A DNA stretch of 64,000 bases from Bdellovibrionales bacterium. GTDB lineage: Bacteria > Bdellovibrionota > Bdellovibrionia > Bdellovibrionales > JAUICD01. The notes under the pieces were generated by a model. It ran no database searches, was not told where the DNA came from, and saw only the letters and a list, made by a program, of their open reading frames with translations. Positions 21,877 to 31,902 of this stretch are shown piece by piece. The stretch is from contig OZ241865.1 in assembly GCA_965203275.1 (NCBI GenBank), forward strand, positions 608,001 to 672,000. The letters are read 5' to 3'. The translations under genes were made by a program, and so were the position numbers. Each line of letters starts with the position of its first letter. The stretch's first letter is position 1.

Positions 21877-21909
21877 GCTATGGGTTTACAAGCCCATAGC
21901 TTTTATTTT
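21877..21909 (+). terminator. Rho-independent terminator after pilin
   Basis: GCTATGGGTT/AGCCCATAGC stem followed by TTTTATTTT. Confidence 0.75.
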
Positions 21910-21913
21910 ATCT

Positions 21914-22429
21914 TTGGAGAGTATAATCATGTTTAAAATAAGAAAAGCAATCAAATATTTAGCAAAGCCGAGACAATTTATGTATTTATTGGCTTTATTG
22001 GTCGTGGTTTGGATACATGCCTTTTATTTAATTTATAAATATAACTATCTAGCAGCCGAGGCCAAGACTGAAAGAAACCTTGAAAAGTATGAATTATCTC
22101 TTAACAAAACAATGCAAATAGATATTAACACTGGCCGGATGGCTTACGATGGTGTATTTGATCCGGATGAGGCTATCAGGGATAAGACAGTAGGTACTTT
22201 TGAGAGGTTTATCAATATATGTGATCGTGCTACATGTCGAGTGATCAGTGGGTTAAACCCGACAATTGATGTTTGCAATAAAGAGCTGTCAACATCCAGG
22301 ACTTTTCATAAGTATAGAGTGTATTCATGTAGTTTAAAAATCACAGTAGAAAATAATGAGCCTATGAATTGTACGAGGGTCAATTGGAGTGATGTAAAGG
22401 GCTTTTGTAAAAAATTAAATGATACATAA
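21914..22429 (+). CDS. Hypothetical protein with N-terminal TM and Cys-rich domain
   Basis: 171-aa ORF; real start probably the MFK codon after GGAGAG. Confidence 0.65.
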   Translation: MESIIMFKIRKAIKYLAKPRQFMYLLALLVVVWIHAFYLIYKYNYLAAEAKTERNLEKYELSLNKTMQIDINTGRMAYDGVFDPDEAIRDKTVGTFERFINICDRATCRVISGLNPTIDVCNKELSTSRTFHKYRVYSCSLKITVENNEPMNCTRVNWSDVKGFCKKLNDT

Positions 22430-22508
22430 ACCTTTTTGAGAACTTAATTATGAGTTTTCATTTTACAGAAGGGCCAAATGGCCCTTCTGTTTTTAATAGG
22501 GGGGATAT

Positions 22509-22829
22509 ATGGACAAAGTTTTAGAACGATTAGTATTTGCTCTTATGATTATATGTTTACTGCCTCTTATCTTAATGTCTGTATTTATAGGTTTCTTTTC
22601 AATACCTTATATGATATTTTTTGAGACTTTTTTAGGCCCGATTTTAGGAAGGATAGCCGGCCTCTTGATGGGACTTTATTTTATTTATCTTTTTTGGGGA
22701 TCTGAAAATAAAATATTTATGATATGTTTTTTGGTGTTTTTTTATTTCTTTGCAGTTTTTAGTAGGATGCGGTTACTTCAATCGCTTGTTAATATGGAAA
22801 AAAGAAAGGATGCATCTCTACGGAATTAA
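22509..22829 (+). CDS. Small multi-TM membrane protein
   Basis: AGGGGGG RBS; about 3 hydrophobic helices. Confidence 0.6.
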   Translation: MDKVLERLVFALMIICLLPLILMSVFIGFFSIPYMIFFETFLGPILGRIAGLLMGLYFIYLFWGSENKIFMICFLVFFYFFAVFSRMRLLQSLVNMEKRKDASLRN

Positions 22830-23019
22830 AAAATACCGACGTTAAATAGACATAACCTTTAATTTTAAAGTTTAAGCATGATCGAATATACGGGCCGTTT
22901 GCTACGGCCCTTATATTCTTATTTACACAATTTCTTTTTTAATTTTTAAGCTTTTCATTTTTATACAATCCTTCTTAATTCATTCTTAAAAGTTATACAC
23001 ACTTTAAAAAAATGACTTA

Positions 23020-23144
23020 TTTTGTTTTGTTGAGGATTTGATTGAGTTGATCAGTAAAGTCTTTTTCTGCTTTGTTAAGGCGATCTTCACAGGGTTTTCT
23101 GATACGGTTTTTGATGTTCCCTCCTTCTGTTTGTTAAGTGACCG
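23020..23144 (-). pseudogene. Duplicated, frameshifted 3' fragment of gene 27047-27541
   Basis: Near-identical direct repeat of 27065-27193 with small deletions. Confidence 0.85.
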
Positions 23145-23305
23145 ATGTGAGACATTCAAAAAAGGTCAACAATGATATAATTATTATAAAAAACATCCAA
23201 GAAATACCTTGGAGTTTGACTTAAGTTTTTAAGATACGACTCTCAGAGGTTTAAGGCAGTAAGACTCTCTCATAAAAGCCAGTCCTTAAAAATTCTTTGA
23301 TATCA

Positions 23306-26300
23306 TTAAGGATTGATTTTAACAGGTGGTCTTTCTTCTTCAAAGTAGATAGACCCTTTAGGTACTTCATCAACAAGTTTAAATAAACCCTTATATGTTA
23401 CTATTCCATAAAATCCATCCTTAAAAGAGAATGAAAATAATTCTTTTTCACCACTCACTAACCAAAATAACTCTAAATCTTTTTGGGCTAACCATTCTTT
23501 TAATTTATGACTTTCCATTAGGGCATAACTTGGGCCATATTCCTTAATACTTGGATCGCAAAAAACCACGTTATCTTTATCTTGCCATGATCCAAAATCA
23601 CTGGTTCTGTTGAGATTCAAATCCTTTATGAATTCTCTTGGAGGAGTATAAAATGATATTGTATCATCAATAGAATAGTCTTGGTTTCCTTGTTCCCAAT
23701 GGTATTTTAAGTAAGGTACAAAGCATCTAATAGATCCTAATGATTCATACTTAGACCTTATAGAATTTATATCAAGATGCCCCCATCCTGATATAAGTTG
23801 ACAATTAAAGTGCCAAGGATGTTCTCCAAAAAATTTTTGATCATCTATAGATGGAAACTCAAGCATTTCAGAAGATGCAATATATTTGTTTTCTAAATTT
23901 TTCTCTATTAAATGACAATCTTTTTTAGGAACACAAATAGATTCAATGCTAAACCATCCATTTAATCTTGGAGCATCTTTATCTTCAATAGATTCTTTTT
24001 GTTGCTCGTGCCAATAACCAGATAATACTGACCAGCTATTTTTATTATTAGGATTTTCTATTTGTAATAACTTAGAAAAATCAGGAATTTGTTTTTTATT
24101 CCATAAATATTTCTTTTGATCTTCAATATTTTCTATTTTATGAAATGAAAATTGATAGGGTTGCCACCATGTATTGCTCTTATTGTGAGATGATTTGTAT
24201 TCACCATTTTTTCTTATCCATATTGTGGGATCAATATCTCTTACCCATATTTGCCATGGGCCTTTATATTTTTGTTCATTAGAATCATCAAATCTTTCTC
24301 CAATAAAATGTACATTGTCGGATAAGTACGCCAACAGCTCGTGGAAAGCAATCCACTGGTATTTTTTTCCTATTCTCTCTATTCTTTCTGGCAGAGGAGT
24401 CTTTCTATCTGTATATTGAAAATTTCTAATTTTTCGTTCGAAGTTTAAAAATAATTTTTCTGACCAACCAAGTTGATAGGCACGTTGACAGACCCATCTT
24501 TGGGCCCATTTGCGACTGAATTCAGCAGGATCATTACGTAAACTAGACAGCCATCTATCATATTCCTCTCTATCTTCTTTATCTAACTTTTCTTTAGCAA
24601 ATTTCTCTCTTAAATCTTCTGGTGTTTCTGGAAAAGGTTGATTCAAAGATGTTGGTGAGAAATCATGAACACACCTCATAATGTACTTTCCAAAATCACC
24701 ATTTATTACAGAATGTTTTATAATTGATATGCTACCAGCTATTTCCTCAATTTGCTTGTTGCTAGGGTTTTCTATTGGCCATCGACTTTTATATGGTGGA
24801 CGAAACTGCTGAACTTTTATATGTTGAGGAAGCAAACCTTTACACAAAGTAAATTCTAAAATACCACGTGCATAATCTCTTAGAAGTATATGAGGCTTTG
24901 CATCTTCAAATACAAATTTAAAAGTAGCCTCTGCTATTTTTGAAATTAATTGATGATCAGAGGAAACATTACAAATGACTCCATATACAACAGCATATAG
25001 CCTTTCAACCAAATAGAGATCATTCACTGAATGAAATTTACACAGTAAGTTTAGTAAAAGAGAAGGATACTGTGAGAGCATTCGTACCAATGATTTTGTG
25101 GCTCTATCCCTCAACCTTCTATTAGATGTAGTGAGAAACCAAAACAAAACAATGGCACATAGTCTTATTCTCTCTTCTTCTACCTTTTCTATATTTCCGG
25201 AATGAGACCACTCAATAATATCTTGTATAATAGACTCTGAAGTGTAATTTAAAGCTAGATAGGTTGACCAATATGAATCACGTTCAGGCATAGTTTTATT
25301 TACTAAACTCTTATGTAGAAAATCTGCATTCCAAGGATGTGAAGGTTCTGTTGATAACTTTAATAAAATATCAAGATGATGACCTTCAAAATTTTTCATT
25401 CTATCAAATTTTAAAAATAAAGGATTGGTAAACTCTGGATATAATACAGGCATACTAGGCTTTGAAATACCTTGTTTAGACAAATATATCTCTGTAGCAC
25501 GACGTTCACATCCTTGAAATCCTGGATGTTTAATTGGCACAAGACTCTCTTCATTGGTACTGTTTAATGATTGATCCCCAGACATTTCCTTATGAATATT
25601 ATCTGGTAATAGATATTTTAAATAAGTGCTTCGACAGCTTAAAAGAATTGCGATATTTTTAAATTGAGATATTTGCGACAAAAAGCCACTGAGATGGTTT
25701 TGCCAATCTTCCTTGTGTAGACCCTCATTGATAGCATCAATCATAATCAAAGTCCTTGAACCTGATCTTTCTCCAAGAGCATCTATTGCTCCAAGGACCT
25801 GTGAATTAGTGTAATGCTCAAGATCAAGAGAGTTTTTTATAAGAGAAATAGGATCACTACCACCATATTGAGACCCTAAAAGAAAAATAATAGGCAATTT
25901 ATTTTTTACTCTGTACAGAGCTATATCACACATTAAGTGTGATTTGCCAATCCCTGCATCACCATATAGGAGAGCCACTCCGACCTTTGCTGCTCTGAGA
26001 AATTTACTATCTAAAAATTCAGAAAGCTGGTATAATGCGTTAGAAAAACGACGAAAAAGTCGCCTATTATTTAACTCATCATTTATAAAAAAATTTAAAA
26101 CATCGGGATTCTTTTCTATACTATCTATTTGCTTTTTTATCTCATTTATACAGGACAAAATATTCTTGTGTTTTAATCCATTCAATAGATTATCTCTCAA
26201 TTGAGAATATTGAATTTGTAGCTTTTTAATATTGTCTTTATCAGAGCTATCTATAAATCCTCTAAAAAAGTCTTCACTTCTCTCATTTAGTTCTTGTACT

Positions 26301-26977
26301 TTTTTTCTAAAATCTTCCCACCATTGAGGGTGAAGACAGAAGGCTTCAAGGTTTTTAGAAATTGGTAGATTGACATGAAATTCAGGTGTGTATCTATCTC
26401 CTAATGTTTTTCTTGATCTATTTGCTAAGTCTTCAAGCTTTTTAGAAGATAATACAGTTTCATCGAACCAAAATAAAGCCTTACCAGAATATTCTGGATC
26501 ATCAATGGTTAAGAAATTTGTTATTTCATGTTTCCCCCAATATTCAATTTCAATATTACGATTTTTCTCATTAGCAAGATTTTTCCATTTTTTGACATGT
26601 TCATTCCATTTGTCCTCAAAAGATTCGGATTGCTTATTTTTATTTTGCTTTCTACTATCAGGTTTATCAAAAGGCAGACAAATGATATATTTTATTAATT
26701 TAGGATGTTTATTTAAAGCTGTTTCAAATGAGTTACACAGCTGGGTCCATTGGGATGATTTCATTCCATCTATAAAATACTTTGCTTGCCAGCATATCTC
26801 AGATTCATCAGTTAATACCCAATAACATTCAACGCCCGCATCACCTCCTAGGCCTTTCCTTATAAAATGTGATGCATTCTGAGGTTTTTGTAGACGGGCC
26901 AATTGACAAATGAGTTCTTCAAATCCAAAATTTTGACTTCCGTTATATGGTCTGATTTTAGAGAAATCAATATTCAT
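23306..26977 (-). CDS. STAND/NACHT NTPase with N-terminal restriction-like nuclease domain, AVAST (Avs2-like) anti-phage protein
   Basis: FEELICQLA...GDAGVE...WQAKYF (PD-QxK-type nuclease), GDAGIGKS Walker A, IMIDAINE Walker B, LLSCR, NPLFL, ERIGKKYQWIA, RDIDP. Confidence 0.72.
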   Translation of the reverse strand: MNIDFSKIRPYNGSQNFGFEELICQLARLQKPQNASHFIRKGLGGDAGVECYWVLTDESEICWQAKYFIDGMKSSQWTQLCNSFETALNKHPKLIKYIICLPFDKPDSRKQNKNKQSESFEDKWNEHVKKWKNLANEKNRNIEIEYWGKHEITNFLTIDDPEYSGKALFWFDETVLSSKKLEDLANRSRKTLGDRYTPEFHVNLPISKNLEAFCLHPQWWEDFRKKVQELNERSEDFFRGFIDSSDKDNIKKLQIQYSQLRDNLLNGLKHKNILSCINEIKKQIDSIEKNPDVLNFFINDELNNRRLFRRFSNALYQLSEFLDSKFLRAAKVGVALLYGDAGIGKSHLMCDIALYRVKNKLPIIFLLGSQYGGSDPISLIKNSLDLEHYTNSQVLGAIDALGERSGSRTLIMIDAINEGLHKEDWQNHLSGFLSQISQFKNIAILLSCRSTYLKYLLPDNIHKEMSGDQSLNSTNEESLVPIKHPGFQGCERRATEIYLSKQGISKPSMPVLYPEFTNPLFLKFDRMKNFEGHHLDILLKLSTEPSHPWNADFLHKSLVNKTMPERDSYWSTYLALNYTSESIIQDIIEWSHSGNIEKVEEERIRLCAIVLFWFLTTSNRRLRDRATKSLVRMLSQYPSLLLNLLCKFHSVNDLYLVERLYAVVYGVICNVSSDHQLISKIAEATFKFVFEDAKPHILLRDYARGILEFTLCKGLLPQHIKVQQFRPPYKSRWPIENPSNKQIEEIAGSISIIKHSVINGDFGKYIMRCVHDFSPTSLNQPFPETPEDLREKFAKEKLDKEDREEYDRWLSSLRNDPAEFSRKWAQRWVCQRAYQLGWSEKLFLNFERKIRNFQYTDRKTPLPERIERIGKKYQWIAFHELLAYLSDNVHFIGERFDDSNEQKYKGPWQIWVRDIDPTIWIRKNGEYKSSHNKSNTWWQPYQFSFHKIENIEDQKKYLWNKKQIPDFSKLLQIENPNNKNSWSVLSGYWHEQQKESIEDKDAPRLNGWFSIESICVPKKDCHLIEKNLENKYIASSEMLEFPSIDDQKFFGEHPWHFNCQLISGWGHLDINSIRSKYESLGSIRCFVPYLKYHWEQGNQDYSIDDTISFYTPPREFIKDLNLNRTSDFGSWQDKDNVVFCDPSIKEYGPSYALMESHKLKEWLAQKDLELFWLVSGEKELFSFSFKDGFYGIVTYKGLFKLVDEVPKGSIYFEEERPPVKINP

Positions 26978-27046
26978 TTTTAGTCCTTTTTAGGTATCTA
27001 AGGTATTTTAATATCAAGAAAACTTTTATAATATAAAAAATCATTA

Positions 27047-27541
27047 TTATTGGCTTGTTTTGTCTTTTGTTTTGTTGAGGATTTGATTGAGTTGATCAGT
27101 AAAGTCTTTTTCTGCTTTGTTAAGGCGATCTTCACAGGGGTTTTCTGATACGGTTTTTGATGTTCCCTCCTTTTGTTGTTTGTTAAGTGACCGGTTCGTA
27201 CAACCAATGTAATCAAGAACCCCCTTGTTTCTGGTATCACAAAGGTTGTTGATTCTTTTACAGGCATCATCTGATCGTTGGAATTGTTCAAATGTTCTCA
27301 TATTAGCCGATGTGCTGACACTGTTATTGCTATTGACAATAAAGACCAAGTAATTACACTTACAAAAGCTCTTGATCTCTTGTGCGTAAGTGGACTGTGT
27401 ATGTAAAAACATAAACAATAAAGCTATAAAAATAAATTTACAAATCACTATCTTTAAAGGACGAATATTAAAATGTTGCTCTTGAGCAAAGCACCTGATA
27501 TTTTTTATTATAAATTGAAAGTTTCTATCTTGATCATTCAT
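27047..27541 (-). CDS. Hypothetical, probably chimeric (ATPase-like first ~29 aa fused to secreted Cys-containing protein)
   Basis: IIKNIRCFAQEQHFNIRPL followed by signal-peptide-like FIFIALLFMFLHTQSTYA. Confidence 0.5.
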   Translation of the reverse strand: MNDQDRNFQFIIKNIRCFAQEQHFNIRPLKIVICKFIFIALLFMFLHTQSTYAQEIKSFCKCNYLVFIVNSNNSVSTSANMRTFEQFQRSDDACKRINNLCDTRNKGVLDYIGCTNRSLNKQQKEGTSKTVSENPCEDRLNKAEKDFTDQLNQILNKTKDKTSQ

Positions 27542-27598
27542 TCTATGTCCTTCTAAACTATATGAAACTAAACTGTATTAAAAAAACAAACTATTCCA

Positions 27599-30163
27599 TC
27601 AAAGGGATTCTACAGCAAAGCTCTCAATCCCTCGATCATCTACGATTTTGACAGCAATTCTTTTATGTTCTTCTGCCTCAAAAGGGATAGACTCTGTCCC
27701 TTGAAATTTATCTATAAGATCTTCATTGATCTCTGATTTTAATGTTTTCTTAAGCTTAGACCATCCATCCTTATTGCCAGAAGGAGGGAAGAATACCTGA
27801 CGTGGATATAAACAGCGATCATCATAATTGGTATCTAACATCCAAAGTGCAATCTTGTTTTTACCTCCAGAGATGATTTCATCTGTTCTAGTATCAAAAT
27901 AATCAAACCCTTCCACACGGGCAATGTATTTGCCTTTATGCTCACCCTTTTTGATTTTTTCTATCTGCACATCTGGTTCACCTATTAACCAAAAGCTTTT
28001 CTCTTTTTCATTTTTTATTTTCTGTTTAAGATCAAAGGTAAATAAGTCATTGTTCATTTGCACTTTCAATATTTTTGTTTTGCCTATGTTTATTTCTTGT
28101 ATATCTTTAGAACAGTCAGCATCAAATTGAAAGGCACAAAAGATCACCAAGTCAGTTCGATAAACCTTAGCTTCTGTAAGAGCTTCTTCCACTTGACGCT
28201 TTTCTAAAAGAGAGTAAGGGGAAGTAAAACACACAATAACTTTTTGCCCATCTTGAGTTTCACCCTCTGCATGGATGTACTGAGCATCATGGATGAGTTC
28301 AAGCCTTGTAAATGCAATATCCTTAGAAAGCCCCTTTTTCCCTCTAATGCCATTTTGTTTAAGATTGTCAAACCATTCTGCTTCAAATTTGATTTGCTCT
28401 CCATAAGGTTTGTCTTTGGTGGTACTTTCTACCCTTGTGGCAGGCACAGCTTCCACAGTAAAAGGCCCAGACACACGCAATTTTGTTTTATCTATAAGAG
28501 GTTGATCGTATAGTATTTCTTGCGGGGCATGGCGTGCGATCGCCTCCTCTATGGCTTTTTGACTCATGCCTTCTTTGATGTCTGGATTGTTAGCAATAGA
28601 TTTTAAGGTGATGTGAGGGACTGTCTTGTAGTTAAAGCCACTACTGACACCTTGGGCAGGTTCTTTGATTTGGTAATAGTCAAATGTGGCTGTCATTAAT
28701 CTTTGTTTAGCCAGAGCAAGGGCTACACGAGAGGTGTCACAGGTAATCCAACGACGCCCCCACTTTTCTGCCACGTAAGCCGTTGTGCCACTACCACAAG
28801 TGGGGTCAAGGACAAGGTCGCCTGGATCTGTGGTCATTAAGATACAACGCTGGATGACTTTTTCATTCGTTTGTACAATATATTTTAAATCTGTTGCTCC
28901 CATTAGGTCAGACCATATATTAGTCAAAGAAGTCACCGGGAAGTCTCTAAACATCATTTTATATCTTATACTATTTTTTGAAATTAATAATCTTCTAGCC
29001 TTGTGTAATTTTTTAATTCCTTCTAATGTTGTTTTCCAATGAGCATTATTGCGAGGCTTAAAGGTTTGTCCATTGATTTCTATTTCTCTTGATCCCATTT
29101 CAGATGAACCAGATGATTCCATAGAAACAGATTGAAAAATAAAATCTTTGTTTTTATTAAAATAAGAAATATTCTTGTCTTCTTGAGTAATAGATGTGAT
29201 TTCTTTTTTATTTTTATTTTCAATAAAATTGTAACTTTTTAGTAAGTGCAAAGAAGATGAACGATCCATGTATAATTTTCTCCATTTAGTCATTTTTTTG
29301 TTTTTTCCATAACAAATAATATAATCACATGTATTTGACATATAATTTGATGGAAGACTACCAGTCTTTTGAAATGTGATATTAGTGACAAAATTTTCTT
29401 TGCCAAAAATTTCATCCATTAAATTACGCACAAGATGGACATTTTCGTCAGAGATTTGCACAAAGCAAGAGCCACTTTCTGTCAATAGCTCCTTTGCTAG
29501 TAACAACCGATCACGAAGATAAGTCAAATAAGAGTGAATGCCAAGCTCCCATGTATCTCGAAAAGCTTTGATCATCTCAGGCTCTGCCGTAAGGTCTTCG
29601 TCTTTACGATCTTGCACATTTCTTTTGCCAATAAAAGGTTGAAAATTAGAGCCGTACTCAATGCCGTAAGGTGGGTCAATATAGATGCACTGCACTTTAC
29701 CAGCCATTGCCTCTTTTTGCAGAAGGGAGTTCATCACCAAAAGAGAATCACCAGCAATCAAACGATTGCTCCAAAGCTTTTCATGTTGATAAAATTCAAT
29801 TTCTTTTTTGATAGGCCTTTGTTCTGTCGGATTATGGAAAAAGCACAATTGCCGAGTGTCAATGGTGTTTCTCTTGCGAACAATCTCAATAATGCTTCGA
29901 GGGTCTATTTTTTCATGAATATGAAGGGGAACAAGAGGCACTTCAAAAGAAAGCCTCTCAGCTTTACCTGCCCAATCAAGTTGTGGGTCAAAATGTGGGT
30001 CATATTTGTACTGATCGGATTTTAACCCGTGTGAGTATTTTTGAGTTTTCACAAGAGGCTTATCTGTTGTAGAAGTCACAAGCCCTACCTGCGGGTTGTT
30101 AGCCCTTCTTTGCCCCTTATGTTTATAAATCTCAATTGTCTTTTGTGTGATCTGCTTTGCCAT
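27599..30163 (-). CDS. Type III-like Mod subunit, N6-adenine DNA methyltransferase
   Basis: NRLIAGDSL, IYIDPPYG catalytic motif, LDPTCGSGTT SAM motif, C-terminal AVKIVDDRGIE. Confidence 0.93.
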   Translation of the reverse strand: MAKQITQKTIEIYKHKGQRRANNPQVGLVTSTTDKPLVKTQKYSHGLKSDQYKYDPHFDPQLDWAGKAERLSFEVPLVPLHIHEKIDPRSIIEIVRKRNTIDTRQLCFFHNPTEQRPIKKEIEFYQHEKLWSNRLIAGDSLLVMNSLLQKEAMAGKVQCIYIDPPYGIEYGSNFQPFIGKRNVQDRKDEDLTAEPEMIKAFRDTWELGIHSYLTYLRDRLLLAKELLTESGSCFVQISDENVHLVRNLMDEIFGKENFVTNITFQKTGSLPSNYMSNTCDYIICYGKNKKMTKWRKLYMDRSSSLHLLKSYNFIENKNKKEITSITQEDKNISYFNKNKDFIFQSVSMESSGSSEMGSREIEINGQTFKPRNNAHWKTTLEGIKKLHKARRLLISKNSIRYKMMFRDFPVTSLTNIWSDLMGATDLKYIVQTNEKVIQRCILMTTDPGDLVLDPTCGSGTTAYVAEKWGRRWITCDTSRVALALAKQRLMTATFDYYQIKEPAQGVSSGFNYKTVPHITLKSIANNPDIKEGMSQKAIEEAIARHAPQEILYDQPLIDKTKLRVSGPFTVEAVPATRVESTTKDKPYGEQIKFEAEWFDNLKQNGIRGKKGLSKDIAFTRLELIHDAQYIHAEGETQDGQKVIVCFTSPYSLLEKRQVEEALTEAKVYRTDLVIFCAFQFDADCSKDIQEINIGKTKILKVQMNNDLFTFDLKQKIKNEKEKSFWLIGEPDVQIEKIKKGEHKGKYIARVEGFDYFDTRTDEIISGGKNKIALWMLDTNYDDRCLYPRQVFFPPSGNKDGWSKLKKTLKSEINEDLIDKFQGTESIPFEAEEHKRIAVKIVDDRGIESFAVESL

Positions 30164-30392
30164 TCTATTTTCTCTTTGTTTTTATATTTATGTTATTGCT
30201 GATTTGATATTTTTTGAGAAAAAGTTAAAATTATTTGTAAAAAGTTTTAAAATAGCATTATTATAATATATCAAAATGTTGTATAAGTCTTATGTTGTTA
30301 TAATTGTTTTGTCAAATAACACTTATAAAATAAAGGCTTATAAAATAAAATTTATAATAAAATTTATTAAAATAAAGCTTATTAAAATAAAA

Positions 30393-30482
30393 GCCCGAGT
30401 GGCGAAATTGGTAGACGCACAGGACTTAAAATCCTGCGACTTTAATAAAGTCGTGCCAGTTCAAATCTGGCCTTGGGCACCA
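30393..30482 (+). tRNA. tRNA-Leu(TAA)
   Basis: GCCCGAG/CTTGGGC acceptor, CAGGA-CTTAAAA-TCCTG anticodon arm, long variable arm, GTTCAAATC T-loop, encoded CCA. Confidence 0.97.
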
Positions 30483-30523
30483 TTATCTACTCATAACTTA
30501 TGAATAATATGAAATTTACAGGA

Positions 30524-31240
30524 TTAATCTCCTGATACAATTGTTCCTATCTTTTCACCACAGACAGCTCGTAGAATATTCTCTGATGTATTGAGGTTAA
30601 ACATCAAGATAGGTATTTTATTATCTCTGCAAAGGCTAATAGCTGCTGCGTCCATAGCATTAAGCTTATTTTTAAGAACATCTGTATAAGAAATATCTTC
30701 ATATTTAGAAGCATTTGTATTTTTAAAAGGGTCTTTGTCATAGATGCCATCGACTTTTGTAGCTTTAAAGATAATGTCTGCACTGATCTCCATAGCTCTA
30801 AGAGCTGCTGCTGTATCTGTTGTGAAATAAGGATTCCCTGTTCCTGCAGCAAAAATAACTATACGCCCTTTCTCTAAATGCCGAATAGCACGTCGCCTGA
30901 TATAAGGTTCAGCAATAGCTGCCATAGCGATTGCTGATTGCACACGAGTGGGGATTTTTCTTTTTTCAAAAGCATCTTGTAAGGCCAAGGCATTGATACA
31001 AGTAGCTAGCATGCCCATATAATCAGAGTTGACTCGATCCATCCCTTTAGTAGAGGCTGCAATCCCTCGAAAAATATTGCCTCCACCAATGACAATACCA
31101 ATTTGTACATTGGTTTTATAAACCTTGATAATATCATCAGTAATTCTCTCAAGTATAGAATGTGAAACAGCTACTTTACTTTGACCTGCAAGGGCTTCTC
31201 CACTGAGCTTTAATAAAATACGCTTGTATTTTGGAATCAA
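30524..31240 (-). CDS. pyrH: UMP kinase
   Basis: [29 protein letters not shown]. Confidence 0.99.
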   Translation of the reverse strand: MIPKYKRILLKLSGEALAGQSKVAVSHSILERITDDIIKVYKTNVQIGIVIGGGNIFRGIAASTKGMDRVNSDYMGMLATCINALALQDAFEKRKIPTRVQSAIAMAAIAEPYIRRRAIRHLEKGRIVIFAAGTGNPYFTTDTAAALRAMEISADIIFKATKVDGIYDKDPFKNTNASKYEDISYTDVLKNKLNAMDAAAISLCRDNKIPILMFNLNTSENILRAVCGEKIGTIVSGD

Positions 31241-31263
31241 TTTTTAAAATCCTTATTTATATT

Positions 31264-31863
31264 TTAAGTATCAGATAATCCAAGCTCATATCTTACAAAA
31301 CGGCGAATCACAATGTTTTCCCCTATTCTTGCAATAGTAGCAGTTAAAATATCTTGTATTGTTTTGTCAGGGTCTTTGACAAAAGGTTGTTCTAATAAGA
31401 TTTTGTTTTTTTTCCACTTGTTGATCTGCCCTTCAATCATTCGATCTAAGAAGTCTTTATTTTTACCTTCTTCAATTGCCTTTGCTTCTAAAATACGTCT
31501 TTCAGCTTCTACTTCTTTTGATGGTAAATCCTCTAAAGAGACACATAGAGGAGAAGATGCAGCAATATGCATAGCAATATCTTTGACAAAATCTTGAAAC
31601 TCTTGGTTCCTAGCTACAAAATCCGTTTCACAACCTACTTCTAACAGAACGCCTATTTTCCCACTGTGAATATAACTACTGATTAACCCCTCTGTAGCAG
31701 ACCTTCCTGCCTTTTTAGCAGCTTTACTTAATCCCTTCTTTCTAAGCCATTCAATTCCCTGATCTATATCACCAGAGGTTTCTACTAAAGCCTTTTTACA
31801 ATCCATCATGCCTGCACCTGTACGCTCTCTTAACAGTTTGATTTGATCTGTTGATATAGCCAC
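31264..31863 (-). CDS. tsf: Elongation factor Ts (short form)
   Basis: LRERTGAGMMDCKKAL, ETDFVA, GENIVIRRFVR. Confidence 0.99.
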   Translation of the reverse strand: MAISTDQIKLLRERTGAGMMDCKKALVETSGDIDQGIEWLRKKGLSKAAKKAGRSATEGLISSYIHSGKIGVLLEVGCETDFVARNQEFQDFVKDIAMHIAASSPLCVSLEDLPSKEVEAERRILEAKAIEEGKNKDFLDRMIEGQINKWKKNKILLEQPFVKDPDKTIQDILTATIARIGENIVIRRFVRYELGLSDT

Positions 31864-31902
31864 ATTGACCTCCTATGTTCGATTCGTAAATTTAGTGAGT
31901 AT

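Noticed and set aside
17706..23027. 16-bp direct repeat ATGACTTATTTTGTTT (17706, 23012) as att sites of the pilin/IS block
   Set aside because: Position is suggestive, but an AT-rich 16-mer match can arise by chance in 64 kb and there is no integrase.
30393..30482. tRNA-Leu as integration site of the defence block
   Set aside because: The block lies 5' of the tRNA; no duplicated tRNA 3' end or integrase seen.
30276..30503. 75-aa ORF
   Set aside because: Overlaps tRNA-Leu and AT-rich low-complexity DNA.
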